A stretch of 64,000 nucleotides of DNA, taken from positions 42,751 to 106,750 of IMG/VR virus record IMGVR_UViG_3300042886_000261, one strand, 5' to 3'. A program made the position numbers and the translations under genes. Positions within the stretch are counted from its first letter, which is position 1. Every line of letters begins with the position of its first letter. The DNA comes from a virus. Positions 1-8,493 of this stretch are shown here, one piece after another. The notes beneath the pieces are model-generated. The model was not told the DNA's origin and did not search any database. It worked only from the letters and a program-made list of their open reading frames with translations.

Positions 1-3
1 AGT

Positions 4-732
4 ATGAGTGAAGGATTAGTATTGCCCACTAAGAAAGTGAGTGCAACAAGAGTCAATCCAAAAAGATTAATTATTTATTCTAAGCCAAAGACAGGTAAAA
101 CTACTGCATTTGCTGGTCTAGAAGATAATTTAATTATTGATTTGGAGAATGGGACTGATTATGTAGATGCATTAAAGGTTAAAGCAAGTAATCTTAAAGA
201 GTTGCTAGCAATTGGTAAACAAGTAGTTGAAGCTGGTAAACCTTATAAGTTTATTACTATTGATACTGTAACTGCATTAGAAGAAATGGTAATGCCATTA
301 GCTGTCAAAAAGTATAAAGCCACTAGTATGGGTAAAAACTTTGATGGAGATAATGTAATTACTTTACCAAATGGAGCTGGTTATTTATATGTAAGAGAAG
401 CATTCTTTGATGTTTTAAACTATGTAGACACATTAGCTGACCATATTATTCTATCTGGGCATATCAAAGATAAGCAAGTAGATGATAAAGGTGAAATGGT
501 TATGTCTGCTAATATAGATTTAACTGGTAAGATCAAGTCTTTAATCTGTGCTAATGCTGATGCAATTGGTTATATGTTTAGAAAAGGTAATCAAGTATTC
601 TTATCATTTAAAACTAATGAAGAGACAACTTGTGGTGCAAGACCTGAGCATTTAAGAAATGCAGAAATAGTTATTAGTGAAGCTAATGACAAAGGAGAAA
701 TAGTTACTCACTGGGATGAGATATATAAATAA
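4..732 (+). CDS. AAA_24/Sak4-like P-loop ATPase (single-strand annealing/recombination protein)
   Basis: Walker A YSKPKTGKTT, Walker B ITIDT, GAGY motif; sits directly upstream of an SSB-like gene, as is typical for phage Sak4 modules. Confidence 0.75.
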   Translation: MSEGLVLPTKKVSATRVNPKRLIIYSKPKTGKTTAFAGLEDNLIIDLENGTDYVDALKVKASNLKELLAIGKQVVEAGKPYKFITIDTVTALEEMVMPLAVKKYKATSMGKNFDGDNVITLPNGAGYLYVREAFFDVLNYVDTLADHIILSGHIKDKQVDDKGEMVMSANIDLTGKIKSLICANADAIGYMFRKGNQVFLSFKTNEETTCGARPEHLRNAEIVISEANDKGEIVTHWDEIYK

Positions 733-751
733 TAAATAAAAAATAAGAAAA

Positions 752-1432
752 ATGGCAATTGGAACAAAAGATGTAGGAACAGGTGGAAGTGGAATACCAA
801 AAACAATTACTCCAGGTAATCACAAATTAAAACTTAATAGTTTAGTAGGTGAAGATTTTAAATTTATCCCAGGTGGTATAAGTTTAATACTTAATGTTGA
901 GACTGAGCCTCTTGAAGGATTTGAAGGATTCATGTTAGATAAAGAAAATCCAGATGCTGGTCATTATAAAGGTCAAATTGGTAGAGTAAAATCTGGTCAA
1001 TATGCATTTGCAGATGGAGTAACTAAATCAGGTGTACAAATCTCTAGAGATAATAGTATATTAGTATTTATTAAATCATTATGTACTACATTAGACATAG
1101 TAGATTGGTTTGATGCTCAAGATAATAAGCACAATACAATTGAAGAGTTTATCACTGCATTTGATAAAACAGCACCTTATCAAGATAAGTATTTAGATTT
1201 CTGTATTGCAGGAAAAGAATATGAAGGTAAAACAGGTTATACAAATTATGACTTATATTTGCCAAAATCTTCTAGAGATGGTTTTGCATATGCTAAACTT
1301 GGATCTGGTAAACAGTTACTATATTCTGAAGCTCTACATCTTAAAAAATTAGAAGCTAAGAAAGTAGAAGCATTTGGTGAAGATGATTTTGAGGTATCAA
1401 CTAAGGTTGGCTCAGACTTTGATTTAGACTAA
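752..1432 (+). CDS. putative single-stranded DNA-binding protein
   Basis: Lies between Sak4-like ATPase and primase; acidic C-terminal tail (EDDFEV…SDFDLD). Confidence 0.5.
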   Translation: MAIGTKDVGTGGSGIPKTITPGNHKLKLNSLVGEDFKFIPGGISLILNVETEPLEGFEGFMLDKENPDAGHYKGQIGRVKSGQYAFADGVTKSGVQISRDNSILVFIKSLCTTLDIVDWFDAQDNKHNTIEEFITAFDKTAPYQDKYLDFCIAGKEYEGKTGYTNYDLYLPKSSRDGFAYAKLGSGKQLLYSEALHLKKLEAKKVEAFGEDDFEVSTKVGSDFDLD

Positions 1433-1441
1433 CAATAGTTT

Positions 1442-1472
1442 AAAGGGGAGTCAGGAAATGGGCTCCCTTTTT
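1442..1472 (+). terminator. Rho-independent terminator
   Basis: AAAGGGGAGTC-loop-GGCTCCCTTTTT hairpin with T-tract just after the SSB-like gene. Confidence 0.7.
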
Positions 1473-1489
1473 AATTAAAGTTAAAAGAT

Positions 1490-2476
1490 ATGATTTCAAC
1501 TAAAAATGTGATTAGATTCCAGGATGTACCAACAATCTGGATTTTTGAGAATTACTTAAATCTTACTGAAAAATTAGACGGACAGCAGATAAAAATTAAA
1601 TCTGTATTTAAAACTGAAAAGACTCCATCAATGATTATTTATATGGATGCTGCAACAATGACATATAAGTTTAAAGATTTTTCATCAGGTTATGGAGGAG
1701 ACTCTATAGCATTAGTACAATATATATTTGGTATTAAAGATAGAGGAGTGGTTTCTTATAAGATAGTTAATGACTATGTTAAATACTTAGATGATCATAA
1801 ATCTTACAAAGCTCCTGAAATTAAAACTTATGAGAACTATAAAGTAACTGATTATACTATTAGGCATTGGTCTAACTTTGATCAGAAATACTGGGGACAA
1901 TATCATATTGGTTCTAAGATGCTAGAAATATATAATGTATCTGCATTAGAGTATTATAAGATGACCAGACTTGAACTTAATGGTACTACATCTGAAATTA
2001 TTATTACAGGTTTAAATCTGTATGGTTATTTCAAAAAAGATGGCACATTGTATAAGATTTATCAGCCTAAGAATATGAATAAGAAATTCTTAAAGTTAGG
2101 TAATCATATACAAGGGTCACAACAACTATCACTTACAGTAGATTATTTAGTTATTACTTCTTCATTAAAAGATATAATGGCTTTTAATAAGCTTGGCTTT
2201 AAAGATATAGAGTGTATTGCTCCGGATAGTGAAAATACTATGATTAAAGAGCAAAACATAAATAAACTTAAAGAGAAATATAAAAAGATATGTGTACTAT
2301 TTGATAATGATGAAGCAGGTATTAATTCTATGAAGAAATATAAAGAAAGATATAATCTTGATTTTATTATTCTTGATATGGAGAAAGATGTATCAGATTC
2401 TATTAAAGTGCACGGTATTGAAAAAGTAAAAGAAGAAGTATTAAAATTACTTAATGAAACATTATATGAAAGGTAA
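1490..2476 (+). CDS. DnaG-like TOPRIM DNA primase (crAss-type)
   Basis: N-terminal EKTPSM…FKDFSSG.GGD region, YKIYQP, ITSSLKD and LFDNDEAG (TOPRIM DxD), KDVSD. Confidence 0.8.
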   Translation: MISTKNVIRFQDVPTIWIFENYLNLTEKLDGQQIKIKSVFKTEKTPSMIIYMDAATMTYKFKDFSSGYGGDSIALVQYIFGIKDRGVVSYKIVNDYVKYLDDHKSYKAPEIKTYENYKVTDYTIRHWSNFDQKYWGQYHIGSKMLEIYNVSALEYYKMTRLELNGTTSEIIITGLNLYGYFKKDGTLYKIYQPKNMNKKFLKLGNHIQGSQQLSLTVDYLVITSSLKDIMAFNKLGFKDIECIAPDSENTMIKEQNINKLKEKYKKICVLFDNDEAGINSMKKYKERYNLDFIILDMEKDVSDSIKVHGIEKVKEEVLKLLNETLYER

Positions 2477-2699
2477 GATTAAAATAAATTATGAGTTTGA
2501 TGAAAAGTCACCAGAAAAATTTACTACAAGTTTAAAGATACATGGAGTTACTCCTGCACATCTTATACATGCAGTAGTATTATTAATAGAGACTATTGAG
2601 AAAGAAGGTGGTATCAATGTAAAAGAAACATTAACTGAGGTATTCTCAGGTAAATTTATACAAGAACGTAACAGTATTATACCACAGGGTGATGCTTAA
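2454..2699 (+). CDS. hypothetical protein (start may be ATG at 2466)
   Basis: Fills the gap between primase and GIY-YIG gene, overlapping the primase stop. Confidence 0.55.
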   Translation: MKHYMKGKIKINYEFDEKSPEKFTTSLKIHGVTPAHLIHAVVLLIETIEKEGGINVKETLTEVFSGKFIQERNSIIPQGDA

Positions 2700-2710
2700 A
2701 TTTTAAAATT

Positions 2711-3130
2711 ATGAGTTGGATATACAAGGGTAAAATTTTTACTGAAGATATGATTCCTGAAAATGCAATAGGTTTTATTTATAATATGACTGCAATAATA
2801 GACGGAAAATCAATTAGTTATATTGGTAAAAAGAATTTTTATGCAGATATTAAAACAAAACTGAGTAAGAAGGCTATGCCAACTGATAAGAGATTAAAGA
2901 CATATAAAAGAGTAAAGAAAGCTACTTATCAAAATTATTACAGTAGCAATGAAGTACTGAAAAAAGCACACAAAGACAATATAAAAATTAAAAGAGATAT
3001 ACTAATGATATGTACTACTAAATTAGAATTGTCATACCAAGAAACTAAACATCAATTTGTATTAGGAGTACTTGAGTCTGATAAATATTTAAACGGTAAT
3101 ATACTGGGACGTTTCTATAAATTTAAATAA
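2711..3130 (+). CDS. GIY-YIG family nuclease-like protein
   Basis: GFIY…YIGKK motif, YYSS, E…QF…VL…YLNGNILGRF tail typical of small phage GIY-YIG proteins. Confidence 0.7.
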   Translation: MSWIYKGKIFTEDMIPENAIGFIYNMTAIIDGKSISYIGKKNFYADIKTKLSKKAMPTDKRLKTYKRVKKATYQNYYSSNEVLKKAHKDNIKIKRDILMICTTKLELSYQETKHQFVLGVLESDKYLNGNILGRFYKFK

Positions 3131-3154
3131 TATAAGTTTAAATAATAAAAAGTT

Positions 3155-3547
3155 ATGGATAAAAATAGTTTAGAAAAAATAATGTTTGGCTTAGTCAGTC
3201 ATGGTATTAAAAAAGTTGTAGTACATTATGAAGGTGGTGGAGATAGTGGAGCAATTGAATATGTTAATGCTACTCAAGATCCATATATAGATTATGATGA
3301 ATTAGAAAATTGGGATCAAGAATACTTATTAAATGATATTGATAGTGGATTAAGTACTTTAATTGAAGATTACTGTCAAGAGATGTTATTAAATGATATA
3401 GAAGACTGGTGGAATAATGAAGGTGGCCGTGGTTATGTTCATATTGATGTAGAACTTGGTACATATACAATTAATAATAGTATCAGAATTGCTGATTGGG
3501 AAGAATATACTCATGAAGGTAGTTTAAAAGATAAAAATAAAAAATAA
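3155..3547 (+). CDS. DUF6878-like protein, paralogue 1
   Basis: GIKKVVVHYEGGGDSGAIE…IEDWWNNEGGRG; clear paralogue of the next gene; family name from recall. Confidence 0.6.
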   Translation: MDKNSLEKIMFGLVSHGIKKVVVHYEGGGDSGAIEYVNATQDPYIDYDELENWDQEYLLNDIDSGLSTLIEDYCQEMLLNDIEDWWNNEGGRGYVHIDVELGTYTINNSIRIADWEEYTHEGSLKDKNKK

Positions 3548-3552
3548 TAACT

Positions 3553-3954
3553 ATGGAAGAATTAAAAATGACAAGCCTCTTACTTAAATTGGCTGACCGT
3601 GGTATTACAGGTATTAAAGTACAATATAATGGTGAAGGAGACTCAGGTGCTATAGACTGGATTGGTTATACAAATGAGCCTTGTGCAAGTACAGCAGATG
3701 TATTTAATAATATTGATGCTTGGGACAATAATAATAATGCTTTAGAAGATAAAGAATTATATGACTCAATTGAAGATTTTGCACAATCTAAAATTCTTGA
3801 TGATATAGAAGATTGGAGAACTGATGAAGGTGGTTTTGGTAACTTATGTATACTTGTTCCTTCAGGAAATTATAGTATAAACAATTATATAAGAATCATT
3901 GAACTTGTAGCTTATCATCATGAAGGTAATTTAATTGATAAAAGTTTAGAATAA
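3553..3954 (+). CDS. DUF6878-like protein, paralogue 2
   Basis: GITGIKVQYNGEGDSGAID…IEDWRTDEGGFG. Confidence 0.6.
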   Translation: MEELKMTSLLLKLADRGITGIKVQYNGEGDSGAIDWIGYTNEPCASTADVFNNIDAWDNNNNALEDKELYDSIEDFAQSKILDDIEDWRTDEGGFGNLCILVPSGNYSINNYIRIIELVAYHHEGNLIDKSLE

Positions 3955-4358
3955 TGAATAAAAAACAAGAAATAGAAAAAATGGAAATTGATACTGGATA
4001 TCTTAATTATGAGTTTTCAAAAAAATTAAAAGATTTAGGCTATGACGGAATGAGCCTTATGTTGTATATTAAAGATGCTCATGTTGGCTGGTATTCAAAA
4101 TACATAACAAATGAAATTATTGACAAGTTAGAAAACACAACTGAAGAATCTTGTGTTGCGGCACTTAGACCTTTTGTATTTAATTGGTTTGATGAAAAAA
4201 CAGATTGGTTAATTTCAATACAACAAGTTGGAAAAACAGAATTTGGATTTACTATTTCTTTTGATAAAGAAAATGTAATAAAAAGTTTTTCCTATTCTAA
4301 TAGAAAAATAGCTGAAGAAACTTGTTTAAAAGAACTTATTAAAAAATACATTAAATAA
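3954..4358 (+). CDS. hypothetical protein
   Basis: Translationally coupled (TAATG) to the upstream gene; Y(E)FSKKLKDLGYD N-terminus resembles small Bacteroidota phage proteins. Confidence 0.6.
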   Translation: MNKKQEIEKMEIDTGYLNYEFSKKLKDLGYDGMSLMLYIKDAHVGWYSKYITNEIIDKLENTTEESCVAALRPFVFNWFDEKTDWLISIQQVGKTEFGFTISFDKENVIKSFSYSNRKIAEETCLKELIKKYIK

Positions 4359-4359
4359 A

Positions 4360-4701
4360 ATGAGTCATCCTTTAGAGCATTGTAAGTCCTCAGTAAGAAA
4401 ATGGGGTGGAGAATGGAGTGATTACATTGCAATTCATAATTGGTTTGATGAAACTAAAAAATGGATTGGGCATAGTAAACACAGAATGTTTAGACATCAT
4501 AGTGAAGGTATATTTGAATGTGAAAAGATATTTGGAATGTCTTTTGTCAACTCAGATGGTAAAACTGTATATACAAGATATGTTGGAGAACAACATGTAA
4601 AAGAGGATTGTAATAATTATATCCCAAGTGCTAAAGAATGGGTTCAGAATTTAGATAAACCCACAGAATGGATGATTAAAACACTTAAAATAGAAGACTA
4701 A
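4360..4701 (+). CDS. DUF6915-like His-rich protein
   Basis: HPLEH..SS..KWGG…YIAIHNWFDETK…HRMFRHHSEGIF…GEQHVKED; family name from recall. Confidence 0.65.
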   Translation: MSHPLEHCKSSVRKWGGEWSDYIAIHNWFDETKKWIGHSKHRMFRHHSEGIFECEKIFGMSFVNSDGKTVYTRYVGEQHVKEDCNNYIPSAKEWVQNLDKPTEWMIKTLKIED

Positions 4702-4988
4702 TGGAAAAAATAACACATGAAACTTTACTAGAACATGATTGGAAATGTACTGATATAGGAAATCAAAGGTATGAACATACTTTTTATCCAAATTTAACAT
4801 TGTTTTTAAGCAAAGATTATGGTATTGATAATAACTATATGATACAAATATTGGCAATAAGTTCTGATTTTGATACATTAAAACTTAATATAAATTGCAT
4901 TACAATTAATGATTTAAGAGGACTTGAAGCTTTACTTCAAAAAGCAAGTGCTGTAGGTTTAATTAAAAGACTATTGATTAATTATTAA
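4701..4988 (+). CDS. hypothetical protein
   Basis: 95-aa ORF coupled (TAATG) to the upstream gene. Confidence 0.6.
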   Translation: MEKITHETLLEHDWKCTDIGNQRYEHTFYPNLTLFLSKDYGIDNNYMIQILAISSDFDTLKLNINCITINDLRGLEALLQKASAVGLIKRLLINY

Positions 4989-4999
4989 ATATAAGACTA

Positions 5000-5338
5000 A
5001 TGGAAGAAGTAGAAAAAACAATTAAAATAGAAAATGAGAAAATCAAAGTGGTTTTTACAAATGAGGTAAATTCTGATGAGCCAAGTTTAGAAGTAGAATT
5101 TATTTTTACAAGAAACAGTGAAGGTGAAAAAATAACTGAAGTGTCAATTGATAAATCTATTTTTACTAGAGAGCAATCATTTATGAGTGAATTGTATATG
5201 AATACAGTTAATTCTTTATTAATGGTAAAAGAAATATTTGATAAAGGTGAAGTGTATGAAGGTGTACATACAATAACTAGAGAACAATACAAGCAGTATT
5301 TAATAAAAGTAAGAGGTGTTGATCCAACTAAATTATAA
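5000..5338 (+). CDS. hypothetical protein
   Basis: 112-aa ORF in a tightly packed co-oriented array. Confidence 0.6.
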   Translation: MEEVEKTIKIENEKIKVVFTNEVNSDEPSLEVEFIFTRNSEGEKITEVSIDKSIFTREQSFMSELYMNTVNSLLMVKEIFDKGEVYEGVHTITREQYKQYLIKVRGVDPTKL

Positions 5339-5344
5339 AGACTA

Positions 5345-5518
5345 ATGGAAAAGATGAATAAAGAAGCAGAAACACAAGTAGTAAACTTGTTAAATCAATT
5401 AGAAGTACTAATTTCTAATAATATGGAATATGATGATGAAAACCCAGAAACATGTCAAAAAACTGAAGTTTTAGGGTTATTAGGTTATATATCTGATGAA
5501 CTTTTAGAAATAAACTAG
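5345..5518 (+). CDS. hypothetical 57-aa acidic protein (not in ORF track)
   Basis: Translated by hand: MEKMNKEAETQVVNLLNQLEVLISNNMEYDDENPETCQKTEVLGLLGYISDELLEIN*; starts within the third AAGACTAATGGAA repeat. Confidence 0.6.
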   Translation: MEKMNKEAETQVVNLLNQLEVLISNNMEYDDENPETCQKTEVLGLLGYISDELLEIN

Positions 5519-5522
5519 AATT

Positions 5523-5618
5523 ATGGAAATGCAATTATTTATAATAGATGGCTATAAAATCTGGGCATTTACATATGAAGATGCATATGCAAATTACTTA
5601 GTGATATCAAAATTATAA
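5523..5618 (+). CDS. hypothetical 31-aa protein (not in ORF track)
   Basis: MEMQLFIIDGYKIWAFTYEDAYANYLVISKL*; fills the gap with 4- and 2-nt spacers. Confidence 0.5.
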   Translation: MEMQLFIIDGYKIWAFTYEDAYANYLVISKL

Positions 5619-5620
5619 AA

Positions 5621-6028
5621 ATGGAAAAAGTAGTACTGAATAGAGAAAGTGTTGAAAGTATATATGAAATGTATAATTCTCCTGATAAAGAGAATCATGT
5701 TGTTGCAAATGAAATACTAAATAATTGTGATATTGATGCATCTGAAGGATGGTTAATTATATTTTATGGTATGAGTTTAAAAAGTGATGATTATTGGTTA
5801 GAAAATATGCCTAATGTTTTTGTTAGAGTCCGTGAATTAGGTATTCAAAGTGATCATAAGTTAAGTGCAGCACAACTTGTTAATGCTTTAATTGTTGCAA
5901 AAGTAGAACCTGGGATTATGGATTACTATTTAGAAATTCATGTTGAAGATTTAAAAAGAGCAATGTCAAACTGGGGTTATCCAGTTAATAAATTAAATTA
6001 CTCAATAACATTAAAAAATGAAGAGTAG
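5621..6028 (+). CDS. hypothetical protein sharing a motif with the 8494-9747 product
   Basis: ESIYEMYNSPDKENHVVANEILNN aligns with DSLCEMFNSSDTDNHTMAMEIMAN. Confidence 0.65.
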   Translation: MEKVVLNRESVESIYEMYNSPDKENHVVANEILNNCDIDASEGWLIIFYGMSLKSDDYWLENMPNVFVRVRELGIQSDHKLSAAQLVNALIVAKVEPGIMDYYLEIHVEDLKRAMSNWGYPVNKLNYSITLKNEE

Positions 6029-7208
6029 AGAAGATAGTTTAGCAAAAACCAGTAAAGACTTGATGTTAAAAGAGCCCTATTATGGGTTCTTTTTAATCAT
6101 GTTAAATAAAGTATGGAATAATAAAATAGTTCCTACTGCTGGTGTAAGTAAAAATAATATTAATTATCAACTTACAATTAATGAAGATTTCTGGACAAGT
6201 TTATCTGAGGATCATAGATTAGGTTTACTTAAGCATGAGTTACTTCATATAGCTTTTGGTCATCTTACTATGTATTTTAAGTTTAGTGATAAAAAACTGG
6301 CTAATATAGCTATGGATATGGAGATTAATCAGTATATTTCAGATGAATTACTACCAGAAGGTGGTATTAATATTGATGATTATCCTGATTTAAATCTTGA
6401 TAGAAAAGCAGGTTGTAGATATTATTATGATAAACTACAACAGGCTAAAGAAGATAAAGACAAAAATGGCACAAGTGGTGATGATAATTTTGATAAGTTA
6501 GCTGATCAAATGGATGCTGGAGATGAAATGGCCAGTGATCATCCTACTTGGGCTGATTTTGAAGATATGACTGAAGCTGAGCAAAAGCTAATTGAGAAAC
6601 AATTAAATAAAATTCTTAATGATGCTAAGGAGATGACTGAAAAGAAAAGAGGTAATATCCCTGGAGAAATTGAGGGTTTACTTGAAATGGAAGAAATTAA
6701 GCCTGCTAAATTTGATTGGAGAGGATATATCAGAAGATTTACTGGTGTATCATCTAAAGTGTATACTAAAAAGATAAGGAGAAAAGAGAATAAAAGATAT
6801 TCTGAGAATCCTGGTCTTAAGATTAAAATGAAACAACACATGTTGTTGGCTATTGATACTTCAGGATCAGTATGTGATCAAGAGTTACATGAATTTATGA
6901 ATGAAATATTACACATCTATAAACAAGGTGTTGATATTACCATAGTACAATGTGATACTGCTATCAAAAGCATAGAACCTTATAAAGGTAAAAATGAAAT
7001 TGAGATATATGGAAGAGGTGGGACAGAATTTGATCCCGTCCTTGAATATTATAATGAGAATATAAGAAAATATACTAGCTTAGTGTATTTTACTGACGGT
7101 GAGTGTTATACTAATGTAAAGCCAAAAGCTCCTATATTGTGGGTGCTGTCTGAGCAATCTTATATGAACACGGAACTTCCCGGAAAAGTTATTAAGTTAG
7201 AAATTTAA
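6018..7208 (+). CDS. DUF2201-type metallopeptidase + VWA domain protein
   Basis: LLKHELLH (HExxH), NIAMDMEINQ, MIDAS DTSGS, GRGGTEF, YFTDG. Confidence 0.85.
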   Translation: MKSREDSLAKTSKDLMLKEPYYGFFLIMLNKVWNNKIVPTAGVSKNNINYQLTINEDFWTSLSEDHRLGLLKHELLHIAFGHLTMYFKFSDKKLANIAMDMEINQYISDELLPEGGINIDDYPDLNLDRKAGCRYYYDKLQQAKEDKDKNGTSGDDNFDKLADQMDAGDEMASDHPTWADFEDMTEAEQKLIEKQLNKILNDAKEMTEKKRGNIPGEIEGLLEMEEIKPAKFDWRGYIRRFTGVSSKVYTKKIRRKENKRYSENPGLKIKMKQHMLLAIDTSGSVCDQELHEFMNEILHIYKQGVDITIVQCDTAIKSIEPYKGKNEIEIYGRGGTEFDPVLEYYNENIRKYTSLVYFTDGECYTNVKPKAPILWVLSEQSYMNTELPGKVIKLEI

Positions 7209-7221
7209 AAAATTAAAAAAG

Positions 7222-8397
7222 ATGAGTCAAGTTCAATTAAATGTAGAAGAATTAAAAGGGTTTTTAAAACACATAGTTGGTAATAATCAATACATCCAAG
7301 CTGAAGGTAAAGTACCTGTTGCAATAAATGTAGAAGGTGATGCAGGTCTTGGAAAGACTTCAGCTGTTAAGCAATTAGCAATTGAAATGGGTATGAATAT
7401 TATTAAATTAAATCTTTCACAGATTGAAGAGTTAGGTGATTTAATTGGTTTTCCATTTAAAGAATTTGAGATGGTTAGAGAAGATGGTGCTACTAAATGG
7501 GTTCAAGAATCTTTAATGGAAACTTATATTAAGAATAGATATAAACCTACTAATAGTAGTAGAATGTCACATGCTGCTCCAGAATGGATACAAGGGCAAG
7601 GTGAAGGTGGTTTCTTGATTTTAGATGATTATACTAGAGCTGATCATAGATTTATGCAAGCAACTATGGAGCTTATTGATCAGCAAGAATATATTTCTTG
7701 GAAATTGCCAAAGAACTGGCACATAATATTAACTTCAAATCCAGACAATGGAGATTATAATGTAACTGCATTAGATGTAGCTCAAAAGACTAGATTTATC
7801 TCAGTTGAAATTAAATTTGATATTAATGTATGGGCTAAGTGGGCTGAGCAAGTAGGAATTGATGGTAGATGTATCAATTTTATGTTGATGAATCCAGAAG
7901 TAGTAACTCAAAAAGTTAATCCAAGAGCTATTACTACTTTCTTTAATGCTATTAGTTCTATTGAGAAGTTTGAAGAACAGTTACCGTTAATTCAAATGAT
8001 TGGAGAAGGTTCAGTAGGACCTGAATTCTCTAGTATGTTCACTATGTTTATTAATAACAAGATGGATAAAATTATATCTCCAGCTGATATTATGACTAAT
8101 GTAAATGAAGCATATGTAGTTGGAGCATTAAATGGAGCAATAGGTACTGGAGATGAATTTAGAGCTGATATCAGTAGTATTATTACTACAAGACTTATAA
8201 ATTATTCATTGACACATGCAGCTAATCATTCTATAAGTGATGCTATGATAAACAGATTAGTAAAACTTACTACAGACTGTGACGCATTCACTAATGATCT
8301 TAAATACTATTTAGTGAAAGAGTTACTAGCAGGCAATAAACCAAAATTTTCCAAGCTCATGATGAATCCACAAGTAGTGAAGATGGCTGTCAAATAG
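7222..8397 (+). CDS. MoxR-like AAA+ ATPase
   Basis: Walker A GDAGLGKT, GDLIGFP, Walker B LILDDYTRA, sensor TSNP, NPR; adjacent to a VWA gene. Confidence 0.8.
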   Translation: MSQVQLNVEELKGFLKHIVGNNQYIQAEGKVPVAINVEGDAGLGKTSAVKQLAIEMGMNIIKLNLSQIEELGDLIGFPFKEFEMVREDGATKWVQESLMETYIKNRYKPTNSSRMSHAAPEWIQGQGEGGFLILDDYTRADHRFMQATMELIDQQEYISWKLPKNWHIILTSNPDNGDYNVTALDVAQKTRFISVEIKFDINVWAKWAEQVGIDGRCINFMLMNPEVVTQKVNPRAITTFFNAISSIEKFEEQLPLIQMIGEGSVGPEFSSMFTMFINNKMDKIISPADIMTNVNEAYVVGALNGAIGTGDEFRADISSIITTRLINYSLTHAANHSISDAMINRLVKLTTDCDAFTNDLKYYLVKELLAGNKPKFSKLMMNPQVVKMAVK

Positions 8398-8454
8398 TAA
8401 AAGCATAAAACTGTTTCCCATAAAAAGGAGCATAAACACAATTAAAACAAATAT

Positions 8455-8480
8455 AAAGCGGTGTAAAAGCCGCTTTTTTT
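8455..8480 (+). terminator. Rho-independent terminator
   Basis: AAAGCGGT-GTAAAA-GCCGCTTT followed by T-run. Confidence 0.75.
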
Positions 8481-8493
8481 AAAATTAAATTAT

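Larger units (their letters stand above)
4694..5350 (+). repeat. 13-bp direct repeat AAGACTAATGGAA x3 (4694-4706, 4993-5005, 5338-5350)
   Basis: Exact copies, each containing the ATG of a consecutive small gene. Confidence 0.85.

Noticed and set aside
2711-3130. Group I intron around the GIY-YIG gene
   Set aside because: Flanking genes are complete and the spacers (11 and 24 nt) leave no room for an intron core
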